From assembly GCA_963739515.1 (NCBI GenBank), contig CAVUAO010000002.1, positions 51,263-115,262 of the forward strand: a DNA stretch of 64,000 bases, given 5' to 3'. The notes below the pieces were generated by a model, which saw only the letters and a list, made by a program, of their open reading frames with translations, did no database searches and was not told where the DNA came from. The translations under genes and the position numbers were made by a program. Below are positions 49,350 to 60,373 of the stretch, one piece after another. Origin of the DNA: an uncultured Chloroflexia bacterium. GTDB taxonomy: Bacteria; Chloroflexota; Dehalococcoidia; Dehalococcoidales; RBG-16-60-22. Positions within the stretch are counted from its first letter, which is position 1, and each line of letters opens with the position of its first letter.

Positions 49350-49496
49350 CATAACTCTCAAAACGAATCAAAGCTGTCAGCCGCGATTTTTTCCCAAAAA
49401 CGAATAATCGCCTTATCAGCCCATTTACAGCCGTAGCTATTATTGCTACAATGACTTCGAGGGCTACGTTGATATTTAGCCGTACGGAGAGTGCCC

Positions 49497-51950
49497 ATGC
49501 CGGATAGATACAATCCTCAGGAGATAGAGCCGAAGTGGCAGCAAAAGTGGGCTGACGATAAGCTTTACGAGGTCAGGGACGACGACCCCCGCCCCAAGTG
49601 GTACGCCCTGACCATGTTCCCTTACACCTCCGGCGACCTCCATATCGGCCATTGGTACAACAATATCCCCGCCGATGTCCATGCCCGTTATATGCGTATG
49701 CGCGGCTTCAATGTGCTGCACCCTTATGGCTTTGACGCCTTCGGGCTTCCCGCGGAGAACGCCGCCATCAAGCGGGGCATCCACCCCTACAAGTGGACGA
49801 TGCAGAACATCGATAACATGCGGCGGCAGGTCAAGAGTATCGGCGCGATCTACGACTGGTCCCGGGAGGTCATTACCTGCGTGCCGGAGTACTATAAGTG
49901 GACCGAGTGGTTTTTTCTGAAGCTCTACCAGGCCGGCCTGGCTTACCGCGCCCGCGCGCCCGTCAACTGGTGCCCCGAGTGCCAGACGGTCCTCGCCAAC
50001 GAGCAGGTGGTGGGGGAGGGGGTCTGCGAGCGCTGTGAGACGCCAGTCATCCGGCGCGACCTCGAACAGTGGTTCTTCAGGATCACGAAATACGCCGACG
50101 AGCTTATGAGCTTCGACGGCATTGACTGGCCCGAGCGCATCAAGACCATGCAGCGCAACTGGATAGGCAAGAGCTACGGGACGGAAATTTCTTTTGCCCT
50201 GGACCATCCCGGCGTCGCCGAGAAAGAAATAAAGGTATTTACCACCCGGCCCGACACCGTTTTTGGCGTGACCTTTATGGTTCTGGCGCCGGAACATCCC
50301 CTGGTGGCTAAACTGACCTCGCCGGATAAAAAGGCCGAGGTCGAAGCCTATATCTTGAAGTCGCGCCGCCAGAGTGAAATCGAGCGCCTGTCCACGGAAA
50401 AAGAAAAGGACGGCGTCTTCATCGGGGCGTACTGCATCAACCGCCTTAACGGTAAAAAGGTGCCCATCTGGATCGCCGACTACGTTCTCCTGAGCTACGG
50501 CACCGGTGCCGTCATGGCGGTGCCCGCCCACGATGCACGCGACTTCGCTTTCGCGAAAAAATACCGCCTGCCGATTCCCGTCGTTATCGCCCCGCCCGAT
50601 TGGGATAAAAAAGCGCTCAAGGCGGCTTATATCGAGTCCGGCACGATGGTAAACTCCAGGCAGTTCGACAGTCTTTCCAGTCAGGAGGGCGTCGAGGCGG
50701 TCTCTAAATATCTGGAGGAAAAGGGCTGGGGCAAGCGCACCGTTAGCTATAAAATCCGCGACTGGCTGATTTCCCGCCAGCGTTACTGGGGCGCGCCCAT
50801 CCCCATCATTTACTGTAAAAAATGCGGCATGGTCGCCGTGCCGGAGAAAGACCTGCCCGTGTTATTGCCGGAAGACGCCGAGTTCAAGCCCACCGGCGAA
50901 TCGCCCCTGAAGTACCATGAGAAATTCGTCAATACCACCTGCCCGGAATGCGGCGGTCCGGCCCAGCGGGAAACGGACACGATGGATACTTTCGTGTGTT
51001 CTTCCTGGTATTTCCTGCGTTATACCAGCCCGCATTATCAAAAGGCGGCTTTTGACCCCGCTAAGGTGAAACGCTGGCTGCCGGTGGACTTTTATACCGG
51101 CGGCGCCGAGCATGCCGTGATGCACCTGCTCTACGCCCGCTTCTTCATCAAGGCTATCCGGGATATCGGTATCGTCGATTTCGGCGAGCCATTTTTGAAG
51201 CTGTTCAACCAGGGGATTATCCTCTCCGGCCACACGAAGATGAGCAAGTCCAGGGGCAACGTGGTTAACCCCGACGACTATGTCGCCGAGCTGGGGGCGG
51301 ATACCCTGCGGGGCTATTTCATGTTCCTCGGTCCCTGGGACCAGGGCGGTGAATGGGACGATAGCGGCATCTCCGGGATGAGCCGCTGGATGAAACGTAT
51401 CTGGAACCTGGTTCTGGATGACTACGCTTCTCAGGGCGGTCAGGGGGATATCGAGCTGGCCCGCTTTACCCACCGGACGATTAAGAAGGTGACCGAGGAC
51501 ATCGAAAAAATCCGCTTTAATACGATGGTGGCCGCCCTCATGGAGTTTACCAACTTCCTGGGCAAGGTCAAAGAGGAGGGCAGCGTTTCGGGACCTGCCT
51601 GGCAATCCTCGATAAAAACGCTGCTATTGCTTTTAGCGCCAACGACCCCCCATCTTGCCGAGGAGCTGTGGCAGCGTTTGGGCTACGCGTACAGCGTCCA
51701 CAACCAGCGCTGGCCGGATTGGGATGAAGCCTTAATTAAAGAGGAAGAAATCGTGATTCCCGTGCAGGTCAACGGCAAGTTGCGTGACACGGTGACGCTG
51801 CCGGCGTCGATGGCCGCTTCCCTCACCGAGGGTGAATTGCCGCGGCTTATCAAGGAAAAATCGAAACGCATTGCCGAGTACCTTGAGGGCAAGCAATTAG
51901 TAAAAACAATCTACGTGAGAAGTAAAATCATCAATTTCATAGTTAGGTAG
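49497..51950 (+). CDS. leuS: Leucyl-tRNA synthetase
   Basis: HIGH, KMSKS, FTTRPDT, GTGAVMAVPAHD editing domain. Confidence 0.99.
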   Translation: MPDRYNPQEIEPKWQQKWADDKLYEVRDDDPRPKWYALTMFPYTSGDLHIGHWYNNIPADVHARYMRMRGFNVLHPYGFDAFGLPAENAAIKRGIHPYKWTMQNIDNMRRQVKSIGAIYDWSREVITCVPEYYKWTEWFFLKLYQAGLAYRARAPVNWCPECQTVLANEQVVGEGVCERCETPVIRRDLEQWFFRITKYADELMSFDGIDWPERIKTMQRNWIGKSYGTEISFALDHPGVAEKEIKVFTTRPDTVFGVTFMVLAPEHPLVAKLTSPDKKAEVEAYILKSRRQSEIERLSTEKEKDGVFIGAYCINRLNGKKVPIWIADYVLLSYGTGAVMAVPAHDARDFAFAKKYRLPIPVVIAPPDWDKKALKAAYIESGTMVNSRQFDSLSSQEGVEAVSKYLEEKGWGKRTVSYKIRDWLISRQRYWGAPIPIIYCKKCGMVAVPEKDLPVLLPEDAEFKPTGESPLKYHEKFVNTTCPECGGPAQRETDTMDTFVCSSWYFLRYTSPHYQKAAFDPAKVKRWLPVDFYTGGAEHAVMHLLYARFFIKAIRDIGIVDFGEPFLKLFNQGIILSGHTKMSKSRGNVVNPDDYVAELGADTLRGYFMFLGPWDQGGEWDDSGISGMSRWMKRIWNLVLDDYASQGGQGDIELARFTHRTIKKVTEDIEKIRFNTMVAALMEFTNFLGKVKEEGSVSGPAWQSSIKTLLLLLAPTTPHLAEELWQRLGYAYSVHNQRWPDWDEALIKEEEIVIPVQVNGKLRDTVTLPASMAASLTEGELPRLIKEKSKRIAEYLEGKQLVKTIYVRSKIINFIVR

Positions 51951-51972
51951 GGCGTCTAAGAGGGGGTGAGGT
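51949..51972. repeat. Collapsed remnant of the intergenic repeat (copy F)
   Basis: AGGGCGTCTAAGAGGGGGTGAGGT is the 5' end of copy E fused to its 3' end. Confidence 0.65.
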
Positions 51973-51975
51973 AGC

Positions 51976-52788
51976 ATTAATCTTAAAATAGCGTTCATCG
52001 GCGGCGGCAATATGGGGGAGGCTATGCTGGCGGCGGTCCTGGGAAAAAAGCTGGCAACTCCCACTGATATCTCTGTCAGCGACGTCGTCGAATCACGCCG
52101 TCAGTACCTGAAAAAGCAATACGGCGTCGCCGTTACGGAAAATAACCGTGCCGCCGTTAAAGACAAAGATATCATCGTCCTGGCTGTCAAGCCGCAGAAC
52201 ATTCCGGAAGTCCTGGTCGACTTAACAGGATGGTTAAAAGCAAGTCAGCTTGTATTATCCATCGCGGCGGGAGTTAAAATCGATACTATTTCTCAGGGAA
52301 TGGGACACAATAATATCGTGCGTGCCATGCCCAACACCCCGGCGCAAATCGGCTTTGGCTTTACCGGCTGGACGTCGACCTCTGCCGTAGCCCGCACACA
52401 GCGGGATTCTGCGCGGGCTATTCTCGGGGCTATGGGCAAAGAAATTTACTTCGATGATGAGACCTATCTTGATGCCGTTACCGCGGTCAGCGGCAGCGGC
52501 CCGGCCTATTTTTACCTGTTTGCCGAGTCTTTAATCGATGCCGCGGTGGCCATTGGTCTTGCCCGCCCGGCCGCCGAGCAAATGGTCCGGCAAACGATGT
52601 TGGGCTCGGCCCAGTTGCTGCTAAAGTCCGGCAAGCCTCCCGCCGAACTGCGCCGCGCGGTGACGTCTAAGGGCGGCACCACGGAACACGCTCTGCAGGT
52701 TTTAGAGGATGGCGGCTTCGCCAAGCTCGTCGAAACGGCGATACGGGCCGCCTGTCTCCGCGCTAAAGAGCTGGGCCAGAGAACTTAG
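51976..52788 (+). CDS. proC: Pyrroline-5-carboxylate reductase
   Basis: KIAFIGGGNMG lies upstream of the ATG at 52012; AVKPQ, RAMPNTP, SGSGPAY, SKGGTT. The start must be non-canonical (ATT, CTT or ATA). Confidence 0.95.
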   Translation: MNLKIAFIGGGNMGEAMLAAVLGKKLATPTDISVSDVVESRRQYLKKQYGVAVTENNRAAVKDKDIIVLAVKPQNIPEVLVDLTGWLKASQLVLSIAAGVKIDTISQGMGHNNIVRAMPNTPAQIGFGFTGWTSTSAVARTQRDSARAILGAMGKEIYFDDETYLDAVTAVSGSGPAYFYLFAESLIDAAVAIGLARPAAEQMVRQTMLGSAQLLLKSGKPPAELRRAVTSKGGTTEHALQVLEDGGFAKLVETAIRAACLRAKELGQRT

Positions 52789-52835
52789 CTTTTCGGCTAT
52801 TGACGTCCGATATTTTTTGGGAGTAAAATGCACTT

Positions 52836-53324
52836 ATGAACTGGCTGGATATCGTTATCCTGGTTGGTCTCGTCCTGGCGGCCTTCACCGGACTCAAAGC
52901 CGGTATCATGAAGATACTCTTTACGGTCGTCGGTATCATTGTCGGCATTGTCCTGGCGGGGCGTTACTCCGATTCTCTGGCCGGTGTGCTGGGTTTTATC
53001 AATAATCCCGACTGGGCAAAAATAGCCGCTTTCGCCATTATCCTGGTGGCCGTATTGATTATCTCGGCGATACTCGCTGCCATATTGAGCAAGCTCATTT
53101 CCGCGATACTGCTGGGCTGGATAAATCGACTGGGCGGGGCTATTTTAGGTATTGTGGTGGGCGCCCTCTTCTGGGGGGCTATTCTATCGATGTGGGTACA
53201 TTATCTGGGTCCCAGCGATGCCGTGTCTCATTCGGCACTGGCGCGTTTTCTGCTGGATACTTTCCCCTTCGTGCTGGGGCTATTGCCCTCCGAGTTCGAC
53301 TCGGTCCGCCATTTCTTCAGCTAA
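52836..53324 (+). CDS. CvpA family membrane protein
   Basis: MNWLD, G..AG and NRLGG..LG motifs; 4 TM helices. Confidence 0.9.
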   Translation: MNWLDIVILVGLVLAAFTGLKAGIMKILFTVVGIIVGIVLAGRYSDSLAGVLGFINNPDWAKIAAFAIILVAVLIISAILAAILSKLISAILLGWINRLGGAILGIVVGALFWGAILSMWVHYLGPSDAVSHSALARFLLDTFPFVLGLLPSEFDSVRHFFS

Positions 53325-53377
53325 TCGGGACGTTCCACTGGATGCCGCCGCCCGCTATCTTTGTTAACAAATCGATT

Positions 53378-53605
<228 letters not shown>

Positions 53606-53633
53606 TCACCCACCTGATGGATTTTGGTGTATG

Positions 53634-54119
53634 TTATTTCTTGGCGATGCCCTTTTTTATCAGGGCTTCGGCGACGTTTTTCGGGACCAGGCTGTGAATA
53701 TCGCCTCCCAGGCTGGCGACCTCTTTGATCAGGCTGGCGCTGAGGAACTGGAATTCCTGGCTGGCCATGAAGCACACTGTCTCCAGTCCGGGGGAAAGCA
53801 TCTGGTTCATCATCGCCATTTCAAATTCCCACTCGAAGTCGCCGATCATCCTGAGTCCGCGCACCAGCACCTGGGCTTTGACCTCCCGGGCGAATTCCAC
53901 CGTAATATTGCTGTACGGTCTCACTTCCACCTTGGGCAGGTGGGCCGTCGCTCGCCTGGCCATCTCTACCCGCTCATCGAGGGTGAACATCAGGTTTTTT
54001 TCCGGTGTGGCGAAGATGCCGATGATGGTCTTGTCGAAGAGTTGGGAGGCCCTGGTGGCGATATCGATGTGCCCGTTAGTTATCGGGTCGAAGCTGCCTG
54101 GGTAGAGAGCGATAATCAC
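53634..54119 (-). CDS. coaD: Phosphopantetheine adenylyltransferase
   Basis: YPGSFDPITNGH, VRGLR. Confidence 0.98.
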   Translation of the reverse strand: MIIALYPGSFDPITNGHIDIATRASQLFDKTIIGIFATPEKNLMFTLDERVEMARRATAHLPKVEVRPYSNITVEFAREVKAQVLVRGLRMIGDFEWEFEMAMMNQMLSPGLETVCFMASQEFQFLSASLIKEVASLGGDIHSLVPKNVAEALIKKGIAKK

Positions 54120-54670
54120 GGCTTGACCTCCTTGCGGTAGATGGAAATGCAGCTGTCACCGTGGCGGTGCTCTTTAACGAGGTTGATGGTGGCGTAGGTC
54201 TGGCTGAGGGTCAGGTGCGGTGAATGGGTCACCATCACGGTCGTCTTGGTTCCGACCAGTCTGGAGTTAGCCAGTTCCGTGATAAATTCACCTATTGACG
54301 TATCGCGATAGGGCGGGTCCATTAAAATAACGTCATACTCCTTATCGAGAAAAGAAAATACTTTTTTAGCGTTGCCGCAATAGACGCGGGCTTGTGCCGA
54401 TAGCTTCGTTTTCTCCAAATTTTCCTTTATTATACCACAACACTTCGGTTCGCTTTCAACAAAGTCTACCCAGCCTGCCCCCCGGCTGAGGGCCTCGATG
54501 CCCAGCGCGCCGCTGCCGGAGAACAGGTCCAGCACCAGCGACCAGTCGTCGGCGATGTTCTCCAGGATGGCAAAGATGGCGCCGCGCACCAGGTCGGTGG
54601 CCGGGCGCGTCTGCGTCCCTTTCGGGAACTTCAGATGGTGTCCTTTCGCCTTGCCGGTGATAACTCGCAT
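54116..54670 (-). CDS. rsmD: 16S rRNA m2G966 methyltransferase
   Basis: MRVITG, LDLFSGSGALGIEALSRGA, DPPY. Confidence 0.96.
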   Translation of the reverse strand: MRVITGKAKGHHLKFPKGTQTRPATDLVRGAIFAILENIADDWSLVLDLFSGSGALGIEALSRGAGWVDFVESEPKCCGIIKENLEKTKLSAQARVYCGNAKKVFSFLDKEYDVILMDPPYRDTSIGEFITELANSRLVGTKTTVMVTHSPHLTLSQTYATINLVKEHRHGDSCISIYRKEVKP

Positions 54671-54796
54671 ATGACGTCAAAAGTATTACGGGAGCTCGTG
54701 AAAAATAGGGCTTTCTAAGAAACAGGATAGCTGGATAAGCTGGAATTTGTCAAACAGGGGAGCCTGAATGTATGTGCTGATATTTTGTCGCCGGAC

Positions 54797-54833
54797 AAAA
54801 GGAAAGGCTGCGGGCGCTGACCGCCCGCAGCCT
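54797..54833 (-). terminator. Rho-independent terminator downstream of ftsZ
   Basis: AGGCTGCGGGCG-loop-CGCCCGCAGCCT followed by TTCCTTTT. Confidence 0.75.
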
Positions 54834-54904
54834 GTTGGTTAGAATTAATAATATATATTATTTATTCTATTTTTTACCGCACAACCTATAGCTCGGCACA
54901 TTTT

Positions 54905-56035
54905 TTACTGGAAGTGCCGCTGCCTTACCGGTTCGCTGGGCGCCTCGCTCTGGGTCGGCAGCCGCCGCTTGCTGAACAAAGGACGCCGCAGGAAGGAAGG
55001 CATATCGAGCTCGTCCTCGGTCTTCATGTTCTTCAGAATCTTGTTGAGCTCTTCCTCTTCCTGGTTCACTTTGCCCATCCCCAGCTTGGCATGGAAGCCG
55101 GTGGTGATGAGGGTGATCTTGACCTCGTTCTCCATCGACGGGTCATTGGCGACACCGAAGATGATGTTGGCTTCCGGGTCAACGGCCTGTTTGATGACGT
55201 CGGCGGCCTGGTTGACCTCGAATAGCGAGAGGCTGTTGCCGCCCACCACGTTGAACAGGACGGCTTTGGAGCCCTCGATGGAAACATCGAGCAGCGGGCT
55301 GGCCAGCGCTTCCTTGGCGGCGTCGATGGCGCGGTTCTGTCCCGTCCCCTTACCGATGGACATCCACGCAGGTCCGGCATCTTTCATGATGGCCTTTACG
55401 TCGGCAAAGTCGAGGTTAATCATGCCCGGTGTGGTGATGACCTCGGCGATGGCCTGGACGCCGTGCCTCAGCACATCATCGGCCAGTTTAAAGGCGCTGT
55501 CCACGCCGGTCTTGTGGTCGCAGAGGGTCATCAGGCGGTCGTTCGGGATGATTATCAGCGTATCGACCTTGTCGATAAGATTTTCAATCCCCTCTTCCGC
55601 CGTCTCCATGCGATGTACGCCCTCGAAGGCGAACGGTTTGGTGACCACGGCGATGGTGAGAGCGCCGCTGTGTTTGGATATCTCCGCCACGATGGGAATC
55701 GCGCCGGTGCCGGTGCCGCCGCCCATGCCGGCGGTAACAAATACCATGTCCGCCCCGGAGATGAGTTCCTTCAGTTCGTCGCGGTTTTCCTCGGCGGCTT
55801 TAGCCCCGATGATGTGGTCGCCGCCCGCACCCAGGCCCTTGGTCAGCTTTGGCCCGAGCTGGACGCATACCGGGGCTTCACAGACCGCCAGGGCCTGGGC
55901 GTCAGTGTTCATCGCGATGAACTCGACACCCTGGATGTTCTCTCTGACCATGCGGGTCACGGCGTTGCTGCCGCCGCCACCCAGACCGATTACTTTTATC
56001 TTAGCTGGACTGGCTACGAAACTTGTTCTTGCCAT
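54905..56035 (-). CDS. ftsZ: Cell division protein FtsZ
   Basis: GGGGSNAV, GMGGGTGTG, NLDFADV, LDMPSFLR core peptide. Confidence 0.99.
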   Translation of the reverse strand: MARTSFVASPAKIKVIGLGGGGSNAVTRMVRENIQGVEFIAMNTDAQALAVCEAPVCVQLGPKLTKGLGAGGDHIIGAKAAEENRDELKELISGADMVFVTAGMGGGTGTGAIPIVAEISKHSGALTIAVVTKPFAFEGVHRMETAEEGIENLIDKVDTLIIIPNDRLMTLCDHKTGVDSAFKLADDVLRHGVQAIAEVITTPGMINLDFADVKAIMKDAGPAWMSIGKGTGQNRAIDAAKEALASPLLDVSIEGSKAVLFNVVGGNSLSLFEVNQAADVIKQAVDPEANIIFGVANDPSMENEVKITLITTGFHAKLGMGKVNQEEEELNKILKNMKTEDELDMPSFLRRPLFSKRRLPTQSEAPSEPVRQRHFQ

Positions 56036-56077
56036 GTCCTCCTCCTTTCAATACTATTTTGAATATTTTCTTTATCA

Positions 56078-57297
56078 TTAGTCGAACAGCTTTTTAAGCT
56101 GGATGTGCCAGCGCGTTCAGGGCACCGCCGAACATGCCCGCCCTTCCATTGCTTCTTGCCCCTGTTTTTGGCGCCCCAGAGCATCAGGCCGACGCCGGTG
56201 GCATAGGCCGGGTCGCGCAGGATATCGGCGATGCCGTAAATATCGGTGGGAGCGCCCACCCTGACCGGGATTCTCAGGATTTCACTCCCCAGCGAAGCGA
56301 TGCCGACCAGGTTGGAGCTGCCGCCGGTAAGTACCAGCCCTGCCGGTACCAGCGTATCGTAGTCCGAGGTCGGCATTTCCAGCAGGATTAGCTTCAGGAT
56401 TTCTTCGACCCTGGCCCGGATGATATCGCAGAGGTCCTGGTAGGAGACGCCGTGCCCGTCCTTGGATATGGCCGGTGAGGTATCTGTCTTGGCGTCGTAA
56501 ACGGGCATGACGCTGCCGTACTTTTTCTTCATTTCCTCGGCGATTTCAAACGGGAGTCCCAGGCCGATGGCGATATCACGGGTGAGCTGATATCCCGCTA
56601 CCGGCAGGATGGAGGTGTGCCAGATGCTGCCCTCTCTGAAGACGGCGACATCCGTGGTGCCGCCCCCGATATCCGCCATGATGACGCCTACCTGCTTTTC
56701 ATCTTCGGTGAGGATGGCCTCACTGCTGGCCAGGGGCTCCAGGACCAGGTCCTCGATGTCTATCCCGATACTGCGTATGCATTTCACGAGATTCTGAATG
56801 GAGGTTACGGCCGCGGTAATAACGTGTGTCTCTACGTCAAGGCGAAATCCGTGCATACCGACCGGGTTCTTGACACCGGGCTGACCGTCCACGGTATAGC
56901 TCCGCGGGATGACATGCAGCAGTCTGCGGTCGGTGGCCGTTTTGACGCTTTGGGCGGAGGCAAGAACTCGTTTTAAATCATCCGGTCGCACGACCCTGTC
57001 GTTGCGGGTAATGGCCACGACGCCGTGGTTATTCATCGAGGATACGTGACGGCCGGTAACGCCGATATAAGCTGATTCTACCTTGCAGGCGCTGGTCTGT
57101 TCGGCTTTCCTTACAGATTCGCGAATCGATTCTCTGGCTTCATTGATGTTGACCACCAGCCCTTTATGCAGTCCCTTAGACGGGGTAATCCCCACACCCA
57201 CGACGCGAGGGCTGCCCCCATCGCTGATATCTGCCAGGATGGTGCATATTTTGGTAGTGCCGACATCAATTGCACCTATTACATTTCTCTTTTTCAT
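56078..57297 (-). CDS. ftsA: Cell division protein FtsA (C-terminus apparently frameshifted)
   Basis: DVGTTK, DIGGGTT, LTGGS, YATGVGL. An amphipathic IQLKKLFD-stop lies in another frame ending at 56078; the ORF track reads on to 56014. Confidence 0.95.
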
Positions 57298-57391
57298 CTG
57301 CCCTCCTTAGTAACTGGATTATTCTTTGGTTTTGCGGATACCCCGTTTTTACATATATTTGTGAAACCTCCTTTCAGAATCTCGTTTTATT

Positions 57392-58444
57392 CTAAGCGGC
57401 AAAAAATTCCACCTTAATCTTTTGGAGTAATGCCGGCCGCCGCCAGCCCTGTAGCCTGGCAATGGTCAGGAAATCATGGTCGACGGTCGCGGCATAGCAG
57501 TCATCCTGCGCGATAATGTGTTCCGCCACTCTCAGCTTGGCGCTCCGGCTCCGCGGATTGGCGCGTATCTCGGCGGCTGAGGGGGTGATGACTTTTTTAT
57601 TGATAATCCTCAGACTCGGTATGTGCCCGCAGACACAGACCGGGGTCTCCGGCGGGCAGATACAGCCCCTGGCTTCTTTTTGCATAAACTGCTTGACGAT
57701 GCGGTCTTCCAGCGAGTGATAGGTAATTACCACCAGCCGGCCCTCGTAGCCGAGCAGGTCCACCGCCTGCTTTAACGCTGATTCCAGGTGTTCCAGTTCG
57801 TTATTCACGGCGATGCGCAGCGCCTGGAAAGTCCTGGTGGCCGGGTGCAGCCTGCCGTGGCGGCCGACCGCCTTCTCGATTAATTGGGCCAGCTGGCGGG
57901 TTGTCTCTATGGGTCTTTCTTTCACGATGGACCGGGCGATGCGCTGGCTCTGGCTTTCCTCGCCGTAGGTCCTGATGATACTGGCGAGCCTCGCTTCCGG
58001 GACCGTATTGACGATGTCGGCGGCGGTCGTCCTCTGTCCCGGGCTGAAGCGCATATCGAGCGGGGCGTCATGCTGAAAGCTGAAACCGCGTCCGCTCCCG
58101 CTCAGCTGGGGCGAAGAGAGCCCCAGGTCGAAGAGGATGCCGTGCACCGGGAAAAAATCGTATTTAACGCAGATGGACTGCAGGTTCACGAAATTATCGT
58201 TGACGAGCCGGATGGAGTCCCCGGCGCCCCGGAACCTCTCCTGGACCGCCTCTATGGCGTTGGGGTCGGCGTCGATGCCGAGCACCTGTCCGCCGGGCGA
58301 ACTTTTTTCCAGGATAGCGGCGGCGTGTCCCCCGCCGCCGAGAGTGCCGTCGATATACCGACCGCCTGGCTGGACCGCCAGGGCTTGGATTACCTCGGAG
58401 AGCAGGACGGGAGTATGGGTGGAGGCTGGACCGTGTTTTATCAT
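57392..58444 (-). CDS. rsmH: 16S rRNA m4C1402 methyltransferase
   Basis: [38 protein letters not shown]; TAATG overlap with mraZ. Confidence 0.98.
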   Translation of the reverse strand: MIKHGPASTHTPVLLSEVIQALAVQPGGRYIDGTLGGGGHAAAILEKSSPGGQVLGIDADPNAIEAVQERFRGAGDSIRLVNDNFVNLQSICVKYDFFPVHGILFDLGLSSPQLSGSGRGFSFQHDAPLDMRFSPGQRTTAADIVNTVPEARLASIIRTYGEESQSQRIARSIVKERPIETTRQLAQLIEKAVGRHGRLHPATRTFQALRIAVNNELEHLESALKQAVDLLGYEGRLVVITYHSLEDRIVKQFMQKEARGCICPPETPVCVCGHIPSLRIINKKVITPSAAEIRANPRSRSAKLRVAEHIIAQDDCYAATVDHDFLTIARLQGWRRPALLQKIKVEFFAA

Positions 58445-58869
58445 TACCGATTTTCCAGGCTTTCTATGATCTGCCATGCCTGTTCCTGGCTGATGCCCTT
58501 CTCTTCCTCCCAGAGTCCCTTGTTCCATATCTCCAGGTTGGTGTTGACGCCAACGATGGTTATTTCATCAAGAATTTGGGCATGTTCCCGCAGGGGCGCC
58601 GGTAGGGCCACCCGGCCCTGCCCGTCAACCCTGGTAACGAAGGCCGTGGCAAACAGCGCCCGACTCAGCCGGCGCATTTTGCTGCGTGTCAGTGAGCCGC
58701 TGGTGAGTGAGCTGGAGAGCTTTTTCCATTCCGTCACCGTGTAGGCGGTGATACATTTCTCCGCCCCGACGGTTAATACGAGCCCATCCTTAAGCGCATT
58801 TCTGAAACGCGGCGGGATAGGCACCCGGCCCTTGTCATCTATTTTATAATCGAATTCACCGTAGAACAT
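58444..58869 (-). CDS. mraZ: Transcriptional regulator MraZ
   Basis: Two DxxGR motifs (DDKGR, DGQGR), LEIW. Confidence 0.98.
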   Translation of the reverse strand: MFYGEFDYKIDDKGRVPIPPRFRNALKDGLVLTVGAEKCITAYTVTEWKKLSSSLTSGSLTRSKMRRLSRALFATAFVTRVDGQGRVALPAPLREHAQILDEITIVGVNTNLEIWNKGLWEEEKGISQEQAWQIIESLENR

Positions 58870-58880
58870 ATTATTATCTT

Positions 58881-58944
58881 ACCACTATTTACCACTATTT
58901 ACCATATTTCACCATTTTATAGCACACTAGGCTTTATTTGTCAA
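58881..58944 (-). promoter_or_regulatory. mraZ promoter with four 10-bp-spaced TGGT(A/G) direct repeats (MraZ boxes)
   Basis: TTGACA-17 nt-TATAAA with extended -10 TG; ACCA repeats at 58881, 58891, 58901 and 58911. Confidence 0.8.
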
Positions 58945-59086
58945 GTATTTTGCCGGAAATATTTTACGTTTGTGACGAATACGTGATTTCGTGGGGTGAA
59001 AAGTCTAATGGGGAAATGACTCCGCGGCAGTACTTTCGCCCTAGGCGTCAAGTGTGATACAATATAATTTGTTTTGTGTAACGAAG

Positions 59087-59575
59087 ATGATTAATATCGG
59101 TATACTTACTATCAGCGATAAGGGTTCCCGGGGCGAGCGCCAGGACAAAAGCGGCGAGGCTATCCGGGCGATTGTTATCTCGAATGAAAAGCGCCGTCGT
59201 TAAATACGATATTGTCCCCGATGAAGCTGATATTATCTCCGGCAAGCTTACCGATTGGGCGGATGGGGGCGATGTTGACGTTGTCCTGACCACCGGCGGC
59301 ACCGGGCTGAGCGCGCGCGACGTTACCCCGGAAGCGACCCTCGTCGGTCATCGATAAAGAGGTGCCCGGTATCGCCGAAGCCATGCGGGCTAAATCCTTG
59401 GAAAAAACGCCGATGGCGATGTTGAGCCGGGCGGTGGCCGGTCTGCGCGGGCAAGTGCCTTATCATCAATTTGCCGGGCAGCCCGAAAGCGGTGCAGGAA
59501 TGTCTGGAGGTTGTCTTGCCGGCCCTTCCCCACGCCGTGGAAATTATTAAAGGAGAGGTGACGGAGCAACCGTGA
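59087..59575 (+). CDS. mogA: MogA/MoaB molybdopterin adenylyltransferase (three 1-nt insertions; error or pseudogene)
   Basis: [40 protein letters not shown] and NLPGSPK motifs in shifting frames (~59172, ~59346, ~59450). Confidence 0.8.
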
Positions 59576-59600
59576 GGTACGCCGGGATAGGTTCAGATCG

Positions 59601-60362
59601 ATGCGCATCGATATTTTGACGCTGTTTCCGCAGATGTTTGACGCGCCGTTCAATTACGGCATTTTCCAGCGGGCGATTGATCACGGACTGGTCGGTATCA
59701 ACGTGCACAATATCCGCGACCATACTCACGATAAGCACCACACCGCCGATGACTATCCTTATGGTGGCGGTGCCGGCATGGTGCTGCGTCCCGGCCCTAT
59801 TTTTGAAGCGGTGGAAGCCATCCGGGGCAGCGTCGTCGAAGAAGAAAGGGACTTCCCCGTGATTCTCCTTACCCCCCAGGGCCGGCTTTTGTCCCAGCCG
59901 GTGGCCCTCGAGCTTTCGCGGCAGCGCCACCTGGTCTTTATCTGCGGCCACTATGAGGGCGTCGACGAGCGGGTGCGCGAGCACCTGGCTACCGACGAAA
60001 TCAGCATCGGCGACTATGTTCTGACCGGCGGCGAAGTGCCGGCGCTGGTGGTCATCGACGCCGTCTTGAGACTTTTGCCGGGGGTGCTGGGCTCTGAAGA
60101 GTCGCCGCTGGAGGATTCTCATGCCAGCGGACTTTTGGAATATCCCCAGTATACCCGCCCGGCCGATTTCCGCGGGTGGACCGTGCCGGAGGTCCTGCTT
60201 TCCGGGAACCATGCTGAAATTGCCAAGTGGCGACGGGAACAGGTCATCCGCCGCACGATGGAGCGCCGCCCCGACCTTTTGAATAAGGCCAATCTGGGCC
60301 TTGAAGATAAAAAACTGGTCGAACGCCTGAAGACCCGCCGGTCTCGGGCTGGTAACGAATAG
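59601..60362 (+). CDS. trmD: tRNA (guanine37-N1)-methyltransferase
   Basis: [37 protein letters not shown]. Confidence 0.99.
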   Translation: MRIDILTLFPQMFDAPFNYGIFQRAIDHGLVGINVHNIRDHTHDKHHTADDYPYGGGAGMVLRPGPIFEAVEAIRGSVVEEERDFPVILLTPQGRLLSQPVALELSRQRHLVFICGHYEGVDERVREHLATDEISIGDYVLTGGEVPALVVIDAVLRLLPGVLGSEESPLEDSHASGLLEYPQYTRPADFRGWTVPEVLLSGNHAEIAKWRREQVIRRTMERRPDLLNKANLGLEDKKLVERLKTRRSRAGNE

Positions 60363-60373
60363 GGAGTCTTAAC

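Noticed and set aside
54969-56081. Long antisense ORFs (e.g. 54969..56081, 49476..50531, 10660..11628, 33749..34738, 44986..45960)
   Set aside because: They are shadows of well-supported genes on the opposite strand, expected at this GC content, and carry no recognisable motifs.
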